From a virus: a stretch of DNA of 64,000 nt. Positions 19,897 to 28,862 of this stretch are shown here, in pieces; positions within the stretch are counted from its first letter, which is position 1; every line of letters starts with the position of its first letter. The stretch lies in the IMG/VR virus record IMGVR_UViG_3300033141_003544, positions 32,001 through 96,000 of that record. The stretch is one strand, 5' to 3'. The position numbers and the translations under genes were made by a program. Below the pieces are notes generated by a model. That model was not told where the DNA came from. It did not search any database and worked only from the letters and a program-made list of their open reading frames with translations.

Positions 19897-20148
19897 TTAT
19901 CCCACTCTTTTTAACTCGTTAATGATTTCTTTAACTAAATTCTCCATAAATTCTCTTGTCCACCAATCTTTGAATTGTCTTATAAATTCTTTTGCTCCGT
20001 CTTTTGCTACAATCTTATCATTAAATGTTTCCATATCACAATCAAGAGAATCAAGAATATCTTGATCTACTTTATATATGGAAATCAAGGCAACAGTTTG
20101 GCGATTTATAAGTATTGGTCTACGAGATTCTTCATTTATTATACCCAT
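19897..20148 (-). CDS. hypothetical protein
   Basis: SD GAGG plus ORF. Confidence 0.6.
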   Translation of the reverse strand: MGIINEESRRPILINRQTVALISIYKVDQDILDSLDCDMETFNDKIVAKDGAKEFIRQFKDWWTREFMENLVKEIINELKRVG

Positions 20149-20167
20149 AATTTCCTCATTTGATACT

Positions 20168-20201
20168 ATTCAGCGTTGGGTTTAATTACCCAACGCTGAA
20201 T
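20168..20201. terminator. 14-bp stem hairpin, probable terminator or processing site
   Basis: ATTCAGCGTTGGGT-ttaatt-ACCCAACGCTGAAT. Confidence 0.6.
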
Positions 20202-20241
20202 CCCAGTTATACATGCGCCTGTGAATAGTTGTCGCAAATCC

Positions 20242-20346
20242 TTATTTCTTTTTATTTGGTTTACAATTACCCCTTTTTAAACCTCCCCTTGGTTTACTTG
20301 GTCTTGGTGACTGTTTTCTTGGTCCCCGTCCGTCTCGGTCTGGCAT
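20242..20346 (-). CDS. 34-aa basic Gly/Pro/Arg-rich peptide (DUF5320-like N-terminus)
   Basis: MPDRDGRGPRKQSPRPSKPRGGLKRGNCKPNKKK; SD AAAGGAGGT; own promoter upstream. Confidence 0.7.
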   Translation of the reverse strand: MPDRDGRGPRKQSPRPSKPRGGLKRGNCKPNKKK

Positions 20347-20430
20347 ATTAGACCTCCTTTACTCAAGATATGTTCCACATTTACTACAATATTGATTAGC
20401 TGAAGATGATTCTTATAAATAATTTATTAT

Positions 20431-20459
20431 AATATACAACAAAGAAAAAACAATGTCAA
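20431..20459 (-). promoter_or_regulatory. sigma70-type promoter TTGACA-17-TATATT
   Basis: Consensus match in an intergenic region. Confidence 0.75.
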
Positions 20460-20493
20460 CCTATTTCAATTGAATTTTCATTTTTATTTATTA

Positions 20494-21426
20494 CTAAGTA
20501 CTCGTTGTAATTGTATATTCACCATATTGTTTTTTCCAAAGACTTCGTAAAAAGTTACTTAAAAACAAAATAGGTTGAGTTTTATAGGAATAATTTATCT
20601 CCCAAGGGAATATATGTTTTTCTTCATAATGCCATGCCATATCGTATTCAATATCTTTTCTATTAGTACCTAAAGATTGTGTAAAATCCTCAAAATTATA
20701 CTCATTATTTTCCGGATAGTTCTGTTTTGCATTATTTAATTCGAATACTGTATTTTCTATATAACTTCTTTCTTTCCTTTTTCCTTTTCCTTTTTTAATT
20801 ATCCTTTTTTTATGACAGTAATAGTGAGAAGCTTTAAGATAAAAATTACCAGGTTCAAGTTCTAACATCGATGCGATATACCGTTGTAAGAAAGTGTGGT
20901 GTAAGACATCGTAAGGGAGAAGGTTGATAACATCCGAGCTCCTCATGTTGACAAACAATAACACTTTGTTTTCTCTTATCAAGAAATGAAGATTTAATGT
21001 GCAAGGAGTTCTGGGTCTTGGATGTATTATATCTAAATGTTCTGGTTGCCATATACTTATTATTGCTTCCCGTTCTTGCCTGGCTTTTAGCTTTTTCAAC
21101 ACTTTGGGAATAGCTGGGACTAAGTACTCGCTGTAATTGTATATCCACTTTCCACCTTCCTTCTCAAGTTTACGTTTCCAGTTTGGACGAAATAAATAAG
21201 AAGTTCCTGGATTTCGATAATAAGGGTCTAGTCTATCTGACAATTCTGCAAATCCCCATTTCCAATTTTTATTCAAAGAAATAAGACAGTTGTTTGGATT
21301 AGTTAAGCAAAAATCTAAATTTACTTTATCTATAGTCTTACCTAATTCCTTACCATTATGAAGAATATCTTCTAAAATCTCAATATATATGCTCTGAAAG
21401 TTATCATTTATTGGATACATATTCAT
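20494..21426 (-). CDS. thymidylate synthase-fold protein 2 (dCMP-modifying type)
   Basis: NPG..Y..R..W, REAIISIW, RTPCTLNLHFLIR, MRSSDVINLLPYD. Confidence 0.8.
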   Translation of the reverse strand: MNMYPINDNFQSIYIEILEDILHNGKELGKTIDKVNLDFCLTNPNNCLISLNKNWKWGFAELSDRLDPYYRNPGTSYLFRPNWKRKLEKEGGKWIYNYSEYLVPAIPKVLKKLKARQEREAIISIWQPEHLDIIHPRPRTPCTLNLHFLIRENKVLLFVNMRSSDVINLLPYDVLHHTFLQRYIASMLELEPGNFYLKASHYYCHKKRIIKKGKGKRKERSYIENTVFELNNAKQNYPENNEYNFEDFTQSLGTNRKDIEYDMAWHYEEKHIFPWEINYSYKTQPILFLSNFLRSLWKKQYGEYTITTST

Positions 21427-21586
21427 TCTTTTTCATATTCATTTAGTTTATCTAATATTTTTGTTAATAAACCATTAGTACTAAAAACTCCTATGCATAT
21501 TATAATTAAAACTAATAATTCCCAATTCATTTTTTATTCTCCTCTTTTTTAAAAAATTCTTTGAATTGTTCAAGTTCAGTCATTTT

Positions 21587-24226
21587 TTACCTCTCGTTAT
21601 AGAGTTTTACTAATTTTTTAACCATTATTTCTAGACTCATATTTTCTTGAATATAATTTGATAAGTCAAAGTTTGAATTGTATTTTTCCATCTCATTTTC
21701 CAAAGTTTCGACAGTTATATTTTTATTGTTTGTTCTTCCCGAACAATTTTTATTTAAATATTTTTTAAATATATTTTTTGAAGATACTATACCATCCATT
21801 CTATTAGGGTTAGCGACAATAACATTTTTACCCATAGCTAACCCTTCATAAACGGACCTACCAACTCCTATAACAACATCTGCTTCATTCAATATATGAT
21901 GAACATCCCATGTATATTTACCTCCCAAACCTATTATAGTTAAATTAAGGTTCAGTTTTTCTGCAAAATGTTCAAATACATTCTTTTCTATTTTACCTTC
22001 TGAAGATCTGACATGATTGTTGAGAACAATCAAGTTTCTAGGATTTAAGAAATTCCGTCTTATTTTTTTAAATTTATAAATATCAATTCCATTATGTATA
22101 ATAGGTATTTCTTTTTTATAATTTGATAAATTTTGTAAGTTAGACCTCACCTCTTTTGAAACTCCAACTAATTTATTAATATAAGGATAAGTATTAGATT
22201 CTGGGGTTTCTATATCCTCTAAAACTCCATGAGATACATATAATATTTTATTTTGTACTTTTAAGTCTTGTGATACGGATAAAATATCTCTTAAACAACT
22301 CCGATGATGGCAATGGATTATATCTAAATTGTGGTTTTGAATTACATATCTTAAACTTCCTATATCTGGTACGATATTAACTCCCAAATATTTCAATCTT
22401 TCTGAAACGTCTCCATGGTGTTGAGAGTAAACAAAAACCTCCGAACCATTATCTTTTAAAACCTTAGCTAAATCGTACACATATCTTTCTGTTCCTCCAT
22501 AGTATTTTAAACTCACATTTGTTATAAGAATTTTATCTGGAACTCCTTCTATTTTTATTTTCTTCTCCCCATACCATTTGTTTATCAGTTTATTATAGTT
22601 ATCTTTTTGAATTTTAGCCCATGTAGAATTTCTTTCTCTCTTCCAAGTATGATATACTACTACATCATTAGCTACCAATAAATGATAACCTGCTTTAGTT
22701 AATTTCATTGATAAGTCGTCATCATCACAGCCCCCAGAATTACCAAATAAACTGTTATCCATACCTCCAACTAGTTCCCATGCATCTTTTCTAATCGCTA
22801 TACAAAAACCAATCAACAAATCCGTTTCAATATAATTACCCTTATTCAAGTCTGCATTCTTTTTTGAAAACTCTACTATACCATCAATATCTAAATCTTT
22901 TGGCATTTCTATGTATTGGAGTCTATGGTGATTAACGTTGTCAGATACAGGACCCACCGCTCCAACTTTTCTATCCACCCTAAAATACTTTATTAATTCC
23001 TCCTTCCAATTATAAGTAAAAATAAGATCATAATTACCAAAAATCAATATATTGTTTTTAGCTAATTTCGCCCCTTGATTACAAGCAGCAGTCCAACCTA
23101 TATTAGTATCATTTATCACGGAGTGGATATATGGACTCTGTTGGGAATATTGACTAATTAACTCTTTTAAATCATCTGATGGTTCATTTGCAATTATAAT
23201 AAGTTCATCCTTGTAATTCAACCATTCAATAGCAGTTTCTATAGTTATTTCTGTATCTTCTATCTTATTCCCATAAGTTACAATTATAAGTGAAACCTCA
23301 TCAAAACTCATCTCTTCTTTTCCCCTACCCGCCTCTTCATCCAATCTGTCAAAAAGATCGGTATCAAAAGTTAAACCTTTTGCTTTGTATGACCTTTCTA
23401 AAGCCATTCTAACATTAAATATAAAATCATGACGTGTTTTATCATCTCTTTTTACCCATGCCTCTTCTAATAATTCAATACATTGGTCATGTTTCTTTAA
23501 ATTTTGACATAATATCCCTGTCTCATATAAAGTGTTAAAGTTTCTGGTTGTTTTTAATTTTTCCATCCCATAATTGTAATACTTTAATTGTTTTTTTAAT
23601 AGGTCTTCTTCTTCATGTTGAATATGGTGAACAGTTATTTCAGGTCCAACATCAACAGGAACTATATGTTTACAATCGGGGTCTATTTTCATAATAGACT
23701 CCCTGACTTGTTCATGTATTTTCCCGGTCCAATATAGTTGAGGAATATTCTGAAATAAACGTAGTTTATATGAAAAATTAAACCATTTAAATTTATACTT
23801 CTCTGCAAATATCCCCTTCGCCAATCTATTGGTACCGTAAATTCTGTTAGTATAATTGATGGTTGCAACCATATAAGCTAAGTTTTGGGGCTGTTTAGTT
23901 GCCCATTTGATCTTATAGTGTTCCCAATCTGGTAATATTTCATCAGCGTCAATAGAAAAGATCCACCCACAAGTAGCTTTTGAATCCGCGTAATTTCTAG
24001 CAGCTGCATAATCATCTATCCATTCAAAAGAATATACCTTATGAGTATATTCTTTTGCTATTTCTAGTGTTTTATCTTTAGAACCAGTATCAACTATAAC
24101 TATTTCATCAGCTATAGGAACAATACTGTCTAGACACCTTGCCAAATCAGCCTCCTCATCCCTTACAATTAAATCAAAGGAAACTGTTGAAGGAACATTG
24201 AATTTTTTGTATAGACTATTGGCCAT
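21587..24226 (-). CDS. multidomain glycosyltransferase (GT2-TPR, second GT2, GT4-like)
   Basis: IVDTGSKD..ARN..DADE; VSLIIVTY..NIGWTAACNQG..DDDDLS; GGTERYVYDLA..EGLAMGK. Confidence 0.9.
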   Translation of the reverse strand: MANSLYKKFNVPSTVSFDLIVRDEEADLARCLDSIVPIADEIVIVDTGSKDKTLEIAKEYTHKVYSFEWIDDYAAARNYADSKATCGWIFSIDADEILPDWEHYKIKWATKQPQNLAYMVATINYTNRIYGTNRLAKGIFAEKYKFKWFNFSYKLRLFQNIPQLYWTGKIHEQVRESIMKIDPDCKHIVPVDVGPEITVHHIQHEEEDLLKKQLKYYNYGMEKLKTTRNFNTLYETGILCQNLKKHDQCIELLEEAWVKRDDKTRHDFIFNVRMALERSYKAKGLTFDTDLFDRLDEEAGRGKEEMSFDEVSLIIVTYGNKIEDTEITIETAIEWLNYKDELIIIANEPSDDLKELISQYSQQSPYIHSVINDTNIGWTAACNQGAKLAKNNILIFGNYDLIFTYNWKEELIKYFRVDRKVGAVGPVSDNVNHHRLQYIEMPKDLDIDGIVEFSKKNADLNKGNYIETDLLIGFCIAIRKDAWELVGGMDNSLFGNSGGCDDDDLSMKLTKAGYHLLVANDVVVYHTWKRERNSTWAKIQKDNYNKLINKWYGEKKIKIEGVPDKILITNVSLKYYGGTERYVYDLAKVLKDNGSEVFVYSQHHGDVSERLKYLGVNIVPDIGSLRYVIQNHNLDIIHCHHRSCLRDILSVSQDLKVQNKILYVSHGVLEDIETPESNTYPYINKLVGVSKEVRSNLQNLSNYKKEIPIIHNGIDIYKFKKIRRNFLNPRNLIVLNNHVRSSEGKIEKNVFEHFAEKLNLNLTIIGLGGKYTWDVHHILNEADVVIGVGRSVYEGLAMGKNVIVANPNRMDGIVSSKNIFKKYLNKNCSGRTNNKNITVETLENEMEKYNSNFDLSNYIQENMSLEIMVKKLVKLYNER

Positions 24227-24228
24227 AG

Positions 24229-25008
24229 TTATAGATCCTTTATTGACAAACCTGATTCCTTTAATAGGTCATGAAATCTAAGTAACGTCCTTTTGATACT
24301 TTGCATTTTAATTTCCTTAACAACATTAATATCTGAATATTTCTCCTTAAATAATTCCAGCATATGTTTAAATTGTGGATTCCAAGCTGTTATCCCATAC
24401 TGTCTGAGAAATAAAGCAATAGTTCCTGCCCAACCTATAGTTATAAAACTATTCATTATAATACAGTTTAATTCAAAACACCTACATTTTGAGGTTTTTT
24501 CAACTTCTTTGATAATCTTTCTAATTAATAAAAAATCCATAAATAATTTTGGTAAAACTTCAGTATTTCTAAAAACTAATTGAGCTGAGAAATCACTCAT
24601 AGTGGTCTTTAAAAAATAAAGACTGTCCAAGCATTTCAATTTTGCCGTTTTATCATAAGGATCTCTTGAAAAGTATACAACCCCTCTTGCTTGTTTTGGG
24701 TGGAAATCCTTTAAATTAGTTTTTAATATACCTAGTTGTGCCTGCACTCTGTCGTCAAAATAGTCATGTTCTAATTTTGACATTTTCATTTTATAACTAT
24801 ACTTACTGTAGTGAAAAAAATCTCTTACAATACAACCATCTTGACTAACCAACTTTATTTTTTCCGCACTTCCATATGTCAATCTTTTAAAAATATAAGG
24901 ATAGTTATATTGAACTCCATCACCACAACATATATCATTAACAAGATTAAACCATAAAATATCTAAACCTTCTCCTTCTACTATATTGATTTGCTTCATA
25001 TTCTTCAA
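24229..25008 (-). CDS. divergent thymidylate synthase-fold protein 3
   Basis: Order R-GVVYF...KCLDSLYF...VFRNTE..KLFMD parallels TS R/PC/RSxD..D; weak similarity. Confidence 0.5.
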   Translation of the reverse strand: MKNMKQINIVEGEGLDILWFNLVNDICCGDGVQYNYPYIFKRLTYGSAEKIKLVSQDGCIVRDFFHYSKYSYKMKMSKLEHDYFDDRVQAQLGILKTNLKDFHPKQARGVVYFSRDPYDKTAKLKCLDSLYFLKTTMSDFSAQLVFRNTEVLPKLFMDFLLIRKIIKEVEKTSKCRCFELNCIIMNSFITIGWAGTIALFLRQYGITAWNPQFKHMLELFKEKYSDINVVKEIKMQSIKRTLLRFHDLLKESGLSIKDL

Positions 25009-25020
25009 AAATAAAGGTCT

Positions 25021-25842
25021 TTATTCCTCTTTCCTTATCTTTTTGTTAAACTTATCAACACTTTTTAGTATATCCATATCTAAACCTATTTCTCCCATTT
25101 CTCCAATAAGTGCCTCAACATCTTTTGGAAGACAATTTCCACCATATCCCAATTTTCCATCATGACCTGGAACATCCATATGACTGTTTCCTATTCTCAT
25201 ATCTGCTTGGACTAACTTCTTAACTTCATTATAATCAACACCTAGTTTATTACATATCAAATTTATCTCATTAAAAAATGAGATCTTTGTAGCGAAAAAA
25301 GCGTTACAAGCATATTTTACTAACTCAGCAGTAGTAAAGTCTGTAATAAAAATTGGAGTATAATCAAACCTTAATCTAAATAAGTCTATCACTTTTTTAA
25401 CTATTATATCTGTTGAACCTGTAGAGTTGGCCAATATTATCCTTGTTGAGTTTATAAAGTCTAATTTAGCAGTTCTAGCTGTTAAAAATTCTGGACTGTA
25501 GATTAGATTAAAACAAGGATATGTTTTTTGCAAATAATCCATAGTTTTTGGAATTACTGTACTTTTAACGATAAATATTTTATTTACATGGTCTTCTGGG
25601 TCTATTGTTATTTTTCGGAAAACATCTTCTAACTCATAGGGGTAGAATAAATAATGCTGAGTAGGAGTGGATACACATATAAAAATAAAATCCCCATGGT
25701 CTATTACATCATCAAAGTTATCAAAACCTTCTTTATATTTATCATAAATTTTAATATCCGCATGCAAAGAAAAACCATGTGCAATAGCTGACCCTACATA
25801 ACCAAAACCTATTATAGAAACTTTTGGTAATCTGTTCTTCAC
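25021..25842 (-). CDS. UDP-glucose/GDP-mannose dehydrogenase family protein (short phage form)
   Basis: GFGYVG, CVSTP, KSTVIP, SPEFL, AELVKY..NAFFATKISFFNE, GYGGNCLPKD. Confidence 0.92.
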   Translation of the reverse strand: MKNRLPKVSIIGFGYVGSAIAHGFSLHADIKIYDKYKEGFDNFDDVIDHGDFIFICVSTPTQHYLFYPYELEDVFRKITIDPEDHVNKIFIVKSTVIPKTMDYLQKTYPCFNLIYSPEFLTARTAKLDFINSTRIILANSTGSTDIIVKKVIDLFRLRFDYTPIFITDFTTAELVKYACNAFFATKISFFNEINLICNKLGVDYNEVKKLVQADMRIGNSHMDVPGHDGKLGYGGNCLPKDVEALIGEMGEIGLDMDILKSVDKFNKKIRKEE

Positions 25843-25869
25843 AAAAATACCTCCATATCTTTCTATTGT

Positions 25870-26172
25870 TTACGTCTTTTTAAAATTTGTAATATCTTTT
25901 GCTTCTATTATTTCTAAATCACTTACATAACGATATAGGTCATAAGTCTTGTATCCACTTGTTCCTGTTACGGGTACATCAAACCTAATAAAATAATATA
26001 AAGGAGGGTCTAATTTATTACCAAATATTGAAACAGTTTCCCTTAAAAGTCCATGATCAATATTATCTTTAGCAAATGACTTGTGTAATTCTTTAAAAAG
26101 TGAGTCATTCCTCCTTAATGGATTAGTTACTAAAAATACTCTTGTTAAACCTTCTTCATTGATTTCTCTCAT
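25870..26172 (-). CDS. hypothetical protein
   Basis: TAATG-coupled ORF. Confidence 0.55.
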   Translation of the reverse strand: MREINEEGLTRVFLVTNPLRRNDSLFKELHKSFAKDNIDHGLLRETVSIFGNKLDPPLYYFIRFDVPVTGTSGYKTYDLYRYVSDLEIIEAKDITNFKKT

Positions 26173-26684
26173 TACATCCTCGGTAAATGTTTTTTAAGGT
26201 TGACATCTAACAGGTTGACTGTGACAAATAGATTATTGCAAGCGTCTGTCACATTGTCTCCTATTGCGTCATATCTCTTTCCTCTATTACTTGTTATTTT
26301 TGCAATTATTTTCCCATCTTTATTTGAATTTAAAATTATTTTAATAGTTTGTCCATGTCTATTAATCATTTCATCATACAAAGGGTCTAAGATTTTTTTC
26401 CCGGTTTTTTGTTCAATAAAATAAGCACTATTTTTTATAGCTTGAAAAGGGATCGGTCCTGCATTAGGGACTACTCTAGTTTCAATTGTTTTTAACATAT
26501 TTGTAATTGCCCAAATTAATTTACGACTATAACCCCACAACCATTGTCCTCTGGATTTTATACAAGCTATAAAGACCCCAGGAGACCTATGTTCCAAAAA
26601 CAGTTCAATATCTGAATAAGAGTTGTTCTTTAATTCTCTTGTCAGTTGATCGTTTACAGCATAACCTCTTTTATCGAAAATCAA
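26172..26684 (-). CDS. hypothetical protein
   Basis: ORF in operon. Confidence 0.55.
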   Translation of the reverse strand: MIFDKRGYAVNDQLTRELKNNSYSDIELFLEHRSPGVFIACIKSRGQWLWGYSRKLIWAITNMLKTIETRVVPNAGPIPFQAIKNSAYFIEQKTGKKILDPLYDEMINRHGQTIKIILNSNKDGKIIAKITSNRGKRYDAIGDNVTDACNNLFVTVNLLDVNLKKHLPRM

Positions 26685-26686
26685 TA

Positions 26687-27202
26687 CTATTTCACTCCTA
26701 TTTTGTCAATAATCCCATAAGTTATTGCTTCTTCTGCAGACATATATTTCGTATTTTTCATGTCTTTTTTTACTTTTCTTCTGGTATAATTTGAATGTTT
26801 AATAATAGCATTTGTTATAAATTCATCTTGTATTATTGTGTCTTTTATATGTCTTTGGACTACTCCGATATCACCACTCGTTTCGGCCCAAACGGAATGT
26901 ATCATTATCCTGGAATTTGGAGTAGCATACCTCTCTCCTTGAGTTCCTCCTGCCAACAATACTGTTGCCATACTCCAAGTATAACCTATACAAATAGTTC
27001 TTATTTTTACAGTTGATTCTTGCATTACATCATAGATACTTATTCCAGCTGGGACGGAACCTCCTGATGAACTGATAAATAAAGTAATAGGTTCATCAGA
27101 TTGATCTTGGAGATACAATATCTTCTCAATAATGTCTACAGACACTATTGGATTTATTTCTCATACTAAAAAAAGCCTTCGTGGGTTTAAAGAACTTAAC
27201 AT
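26687..27202 (-). pseudogene. clpP: ClpP-family protease with in-frame TGA at 27161-27163
   Basis: SD GGGAG and ATG 27202: MLSSLNPRRLFLV*EINP...ISSSGGSV..GISIYD..SMATVLLAGG..RIMIH..MSAEEA..YGIID. Confidence 0.75.
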
Positions 27203-27214
27203 GTATCTCCCTAT

Positions 27215-27844
27215 TTAATATTTTGATCTTTGTCTAAACTCGTTAATTATGCTTTTTCTTATATACAGATTATAAATATCGTCTGCTGTTAAATCTAATC
27301 TTAGACATAGGTCTAAAAAAGCAACTAATACTTTATTCAAGCATAAATAGAATTTGTTTTTGTCTGTAAGTATTTGAGATTGTTTCCACGGTTTATTTTT
27401 TAATACGTTTCCCACTAAACCTAATCTGTAATGGATTTCATGATAGTACTCTTTCACATCTCTCCGATCTCCTATAAAAGGATGTCTTGTATTAAAATAT
27501 TCCTCTAAACTTGGAATTTTCTTTTTATCTATTTCAGTTCCAGTTAGTTTAAATATTTCTACTATAAAATGGAGAGCATCACTTAACTCTTCTAAGTAGT
27601 GAAGTGGATCTTTGTGTATTATTCTAGCTTCCCAACTTTCAGACAATTCTTCCGCAACTCTCCAGAGAAAATCTTTGATAATAGTTTGATTTTCTTTTAT
27701 ATCTATATCGAAAGGCCAGTCAGGTAACCCTTCAATAGTTTTGTATTCCTTCATTAGTTCTTCCTGCCTTTGGAATATAAGTTCCAATCTATTGTTTTTC
27801 TTTGGGGCAGGAATTTCATTTTTATTAACGTCTTTTATATTGAT
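27215..27844 (-). CDS. all-alpha dNTP pyrophosphatase (dimeric dUTPase / dCTPase-like); probable ATC start
   Basis: EELSE, EELSDALHF, KNKPWK, Y..K..IN.FRQ..KY; frame open back to SD AGGAGG at 27850-27855. Confidence 0.8.
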   Translation of the reverse strand: MNIKDVNKNEIPAPKKNNRLELIFQRQEELMKEYKTIEGLPDWPFDIDIKENQTIIKDFLWRVAEELSESWEARIIHKDPLHYLEELSDALHFIVEIFKLTGTEIDKKKIPSLEEYFNTRHPFIGDRRDVKEYYHEIHYRLGLVGNVLKNKPWKQSQILTDKNKFYLCLNKVLVAFLDLCLRLDLTADDIYNLYIRKSIINEFRQRSKY

Positions 27845-27859
27845 AATAACCTCCTATCT

Positions 27860-28366
27860 TTATTGTAGATTTCCTTTTTTAAATTCTTTTAATATTTTAG
27901 GACTTAAAGGTAATCCCCATTTTTTGCGCAAAATAATAATAGACATTGTAGCATAGTTTATCATGTCAATAAAAGCGTCTTCTACTCCTTCAAAATATAG
28001 TCTTGCTAAATCCACTGTTTTTATTACTTTTCCACTTGATTTCTCTATCATTTCAATTTCGGAGTTTATTTGTACATTATTGCTATAAAAATCTACCTCA
28101 CTTTCATCATACAATTCACCTTCAAGAAATTTTTCAATCCTTGAGATTTTCATTTTAATTTTTTCCATAACTTTCCCTACAGCAGCTTTTTGGTCTAAAT
28201 CCCCATAACTTCTCTTTCCATAACTGATATGTTTAGGAATCATAACCCTAAAAGCTTCTTTTAGTATATCTTTAAATATATCATCATAATACTCTGATCT
28301 TTCAACTCTACAGTCCTTTTTCATTTTCTCTATCTCTTCTTTAGAAAAATCTAGTTCGTTATCCAT
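27860..28366 (-). CDS. Nmad1/DUF1599-like nucleotide-modification-associated protein
   Basis: K...YG, K..R, EDAFIDMINYA. Confidence 0.6.
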   Translation of the reverse strand: MDNELDFSKEEIEKMKKDCRVERSEYYDDIFKDILKEAFRVMIPKHISYGKRSYGDLDQKAAVGKVMEKIKMKISRIEKFLEGELYDESEVDFYSNNVQINSEIEMIEKSSGKVIKTVDLARLYFEGVEDAFIDMINYATMSIIILRKKWGLPLSPKILKEFKKGNLQ

Positions 28367-28405
28367 CTTATACCTCCTACAAATAGTTTTAATATCTAAA
28401 TAATT

Positions 28406-28840
28406 TTAAATACCTTCTATCCATTCTAAAGTTCTATCATCATTCATTTTTACTTTACCCTCTGCTTTTAGCAGATCTACTACTTTATTTACTCTTCTTC
28501 TAGCCTTAACTTTATTAATTTCATTTTTGTTAAAAACTTCGTGAACTTCATTGACTATTTCAGTTTTTTGGTAACCTCCTTCTTTTATTAGTAATTCAAT
28601 AAAACCTCTCCTATTCATTTTTGGGTCTAATTCTCTCGGTTTTGACCTTGTAATAATAGCAGGTTCATCTTTCTTAGATACATAGTGGTCCCATGCAAGA
28701 TCTACAAGCTGATCTTTTGTAACATTAGAGGGGATATCAATATCCAATTCCTCTTTTATTATTGATCTTGCATTTTCAATACTTAATTCCTCATCTAATA
28801 TTAGATGAGCTAAGTCTTGTTTTGTTATTTCAGTTGACAT
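28406..28840 (-). CDS. hypothetical protein, possible C-terminal winged helix
   Basis: ORF with SD; RV..VV..LK.EGKV pattern. Confidence 0.5.
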   Translation of the reverse strand: MSTEITKQDLAHLILDEELSIENARSIIKEELDIDIPSNVTKDQLVDLAWDHYVSKKDEPAIITRSKPRELDPKMNRRGFIELLIKEGGYQKTEIVNEVHEVFNKNEINKVKARRRVNKVVDLLKAEGKVKMNDDRTLEWIEGI

Positions 28841-28862
28841 TGTTTTCCTCTTCTGTTTTTAT

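Noticed and set aside
27161-27163. Genome-wide TGA reassignment (Gly or Trp) suggested by the clpP stop
   Set aside because: TGA ends many genes at their expected termini (e.g. polA, ligA, several ATGA overlaps), and long genes have no internal TGA.
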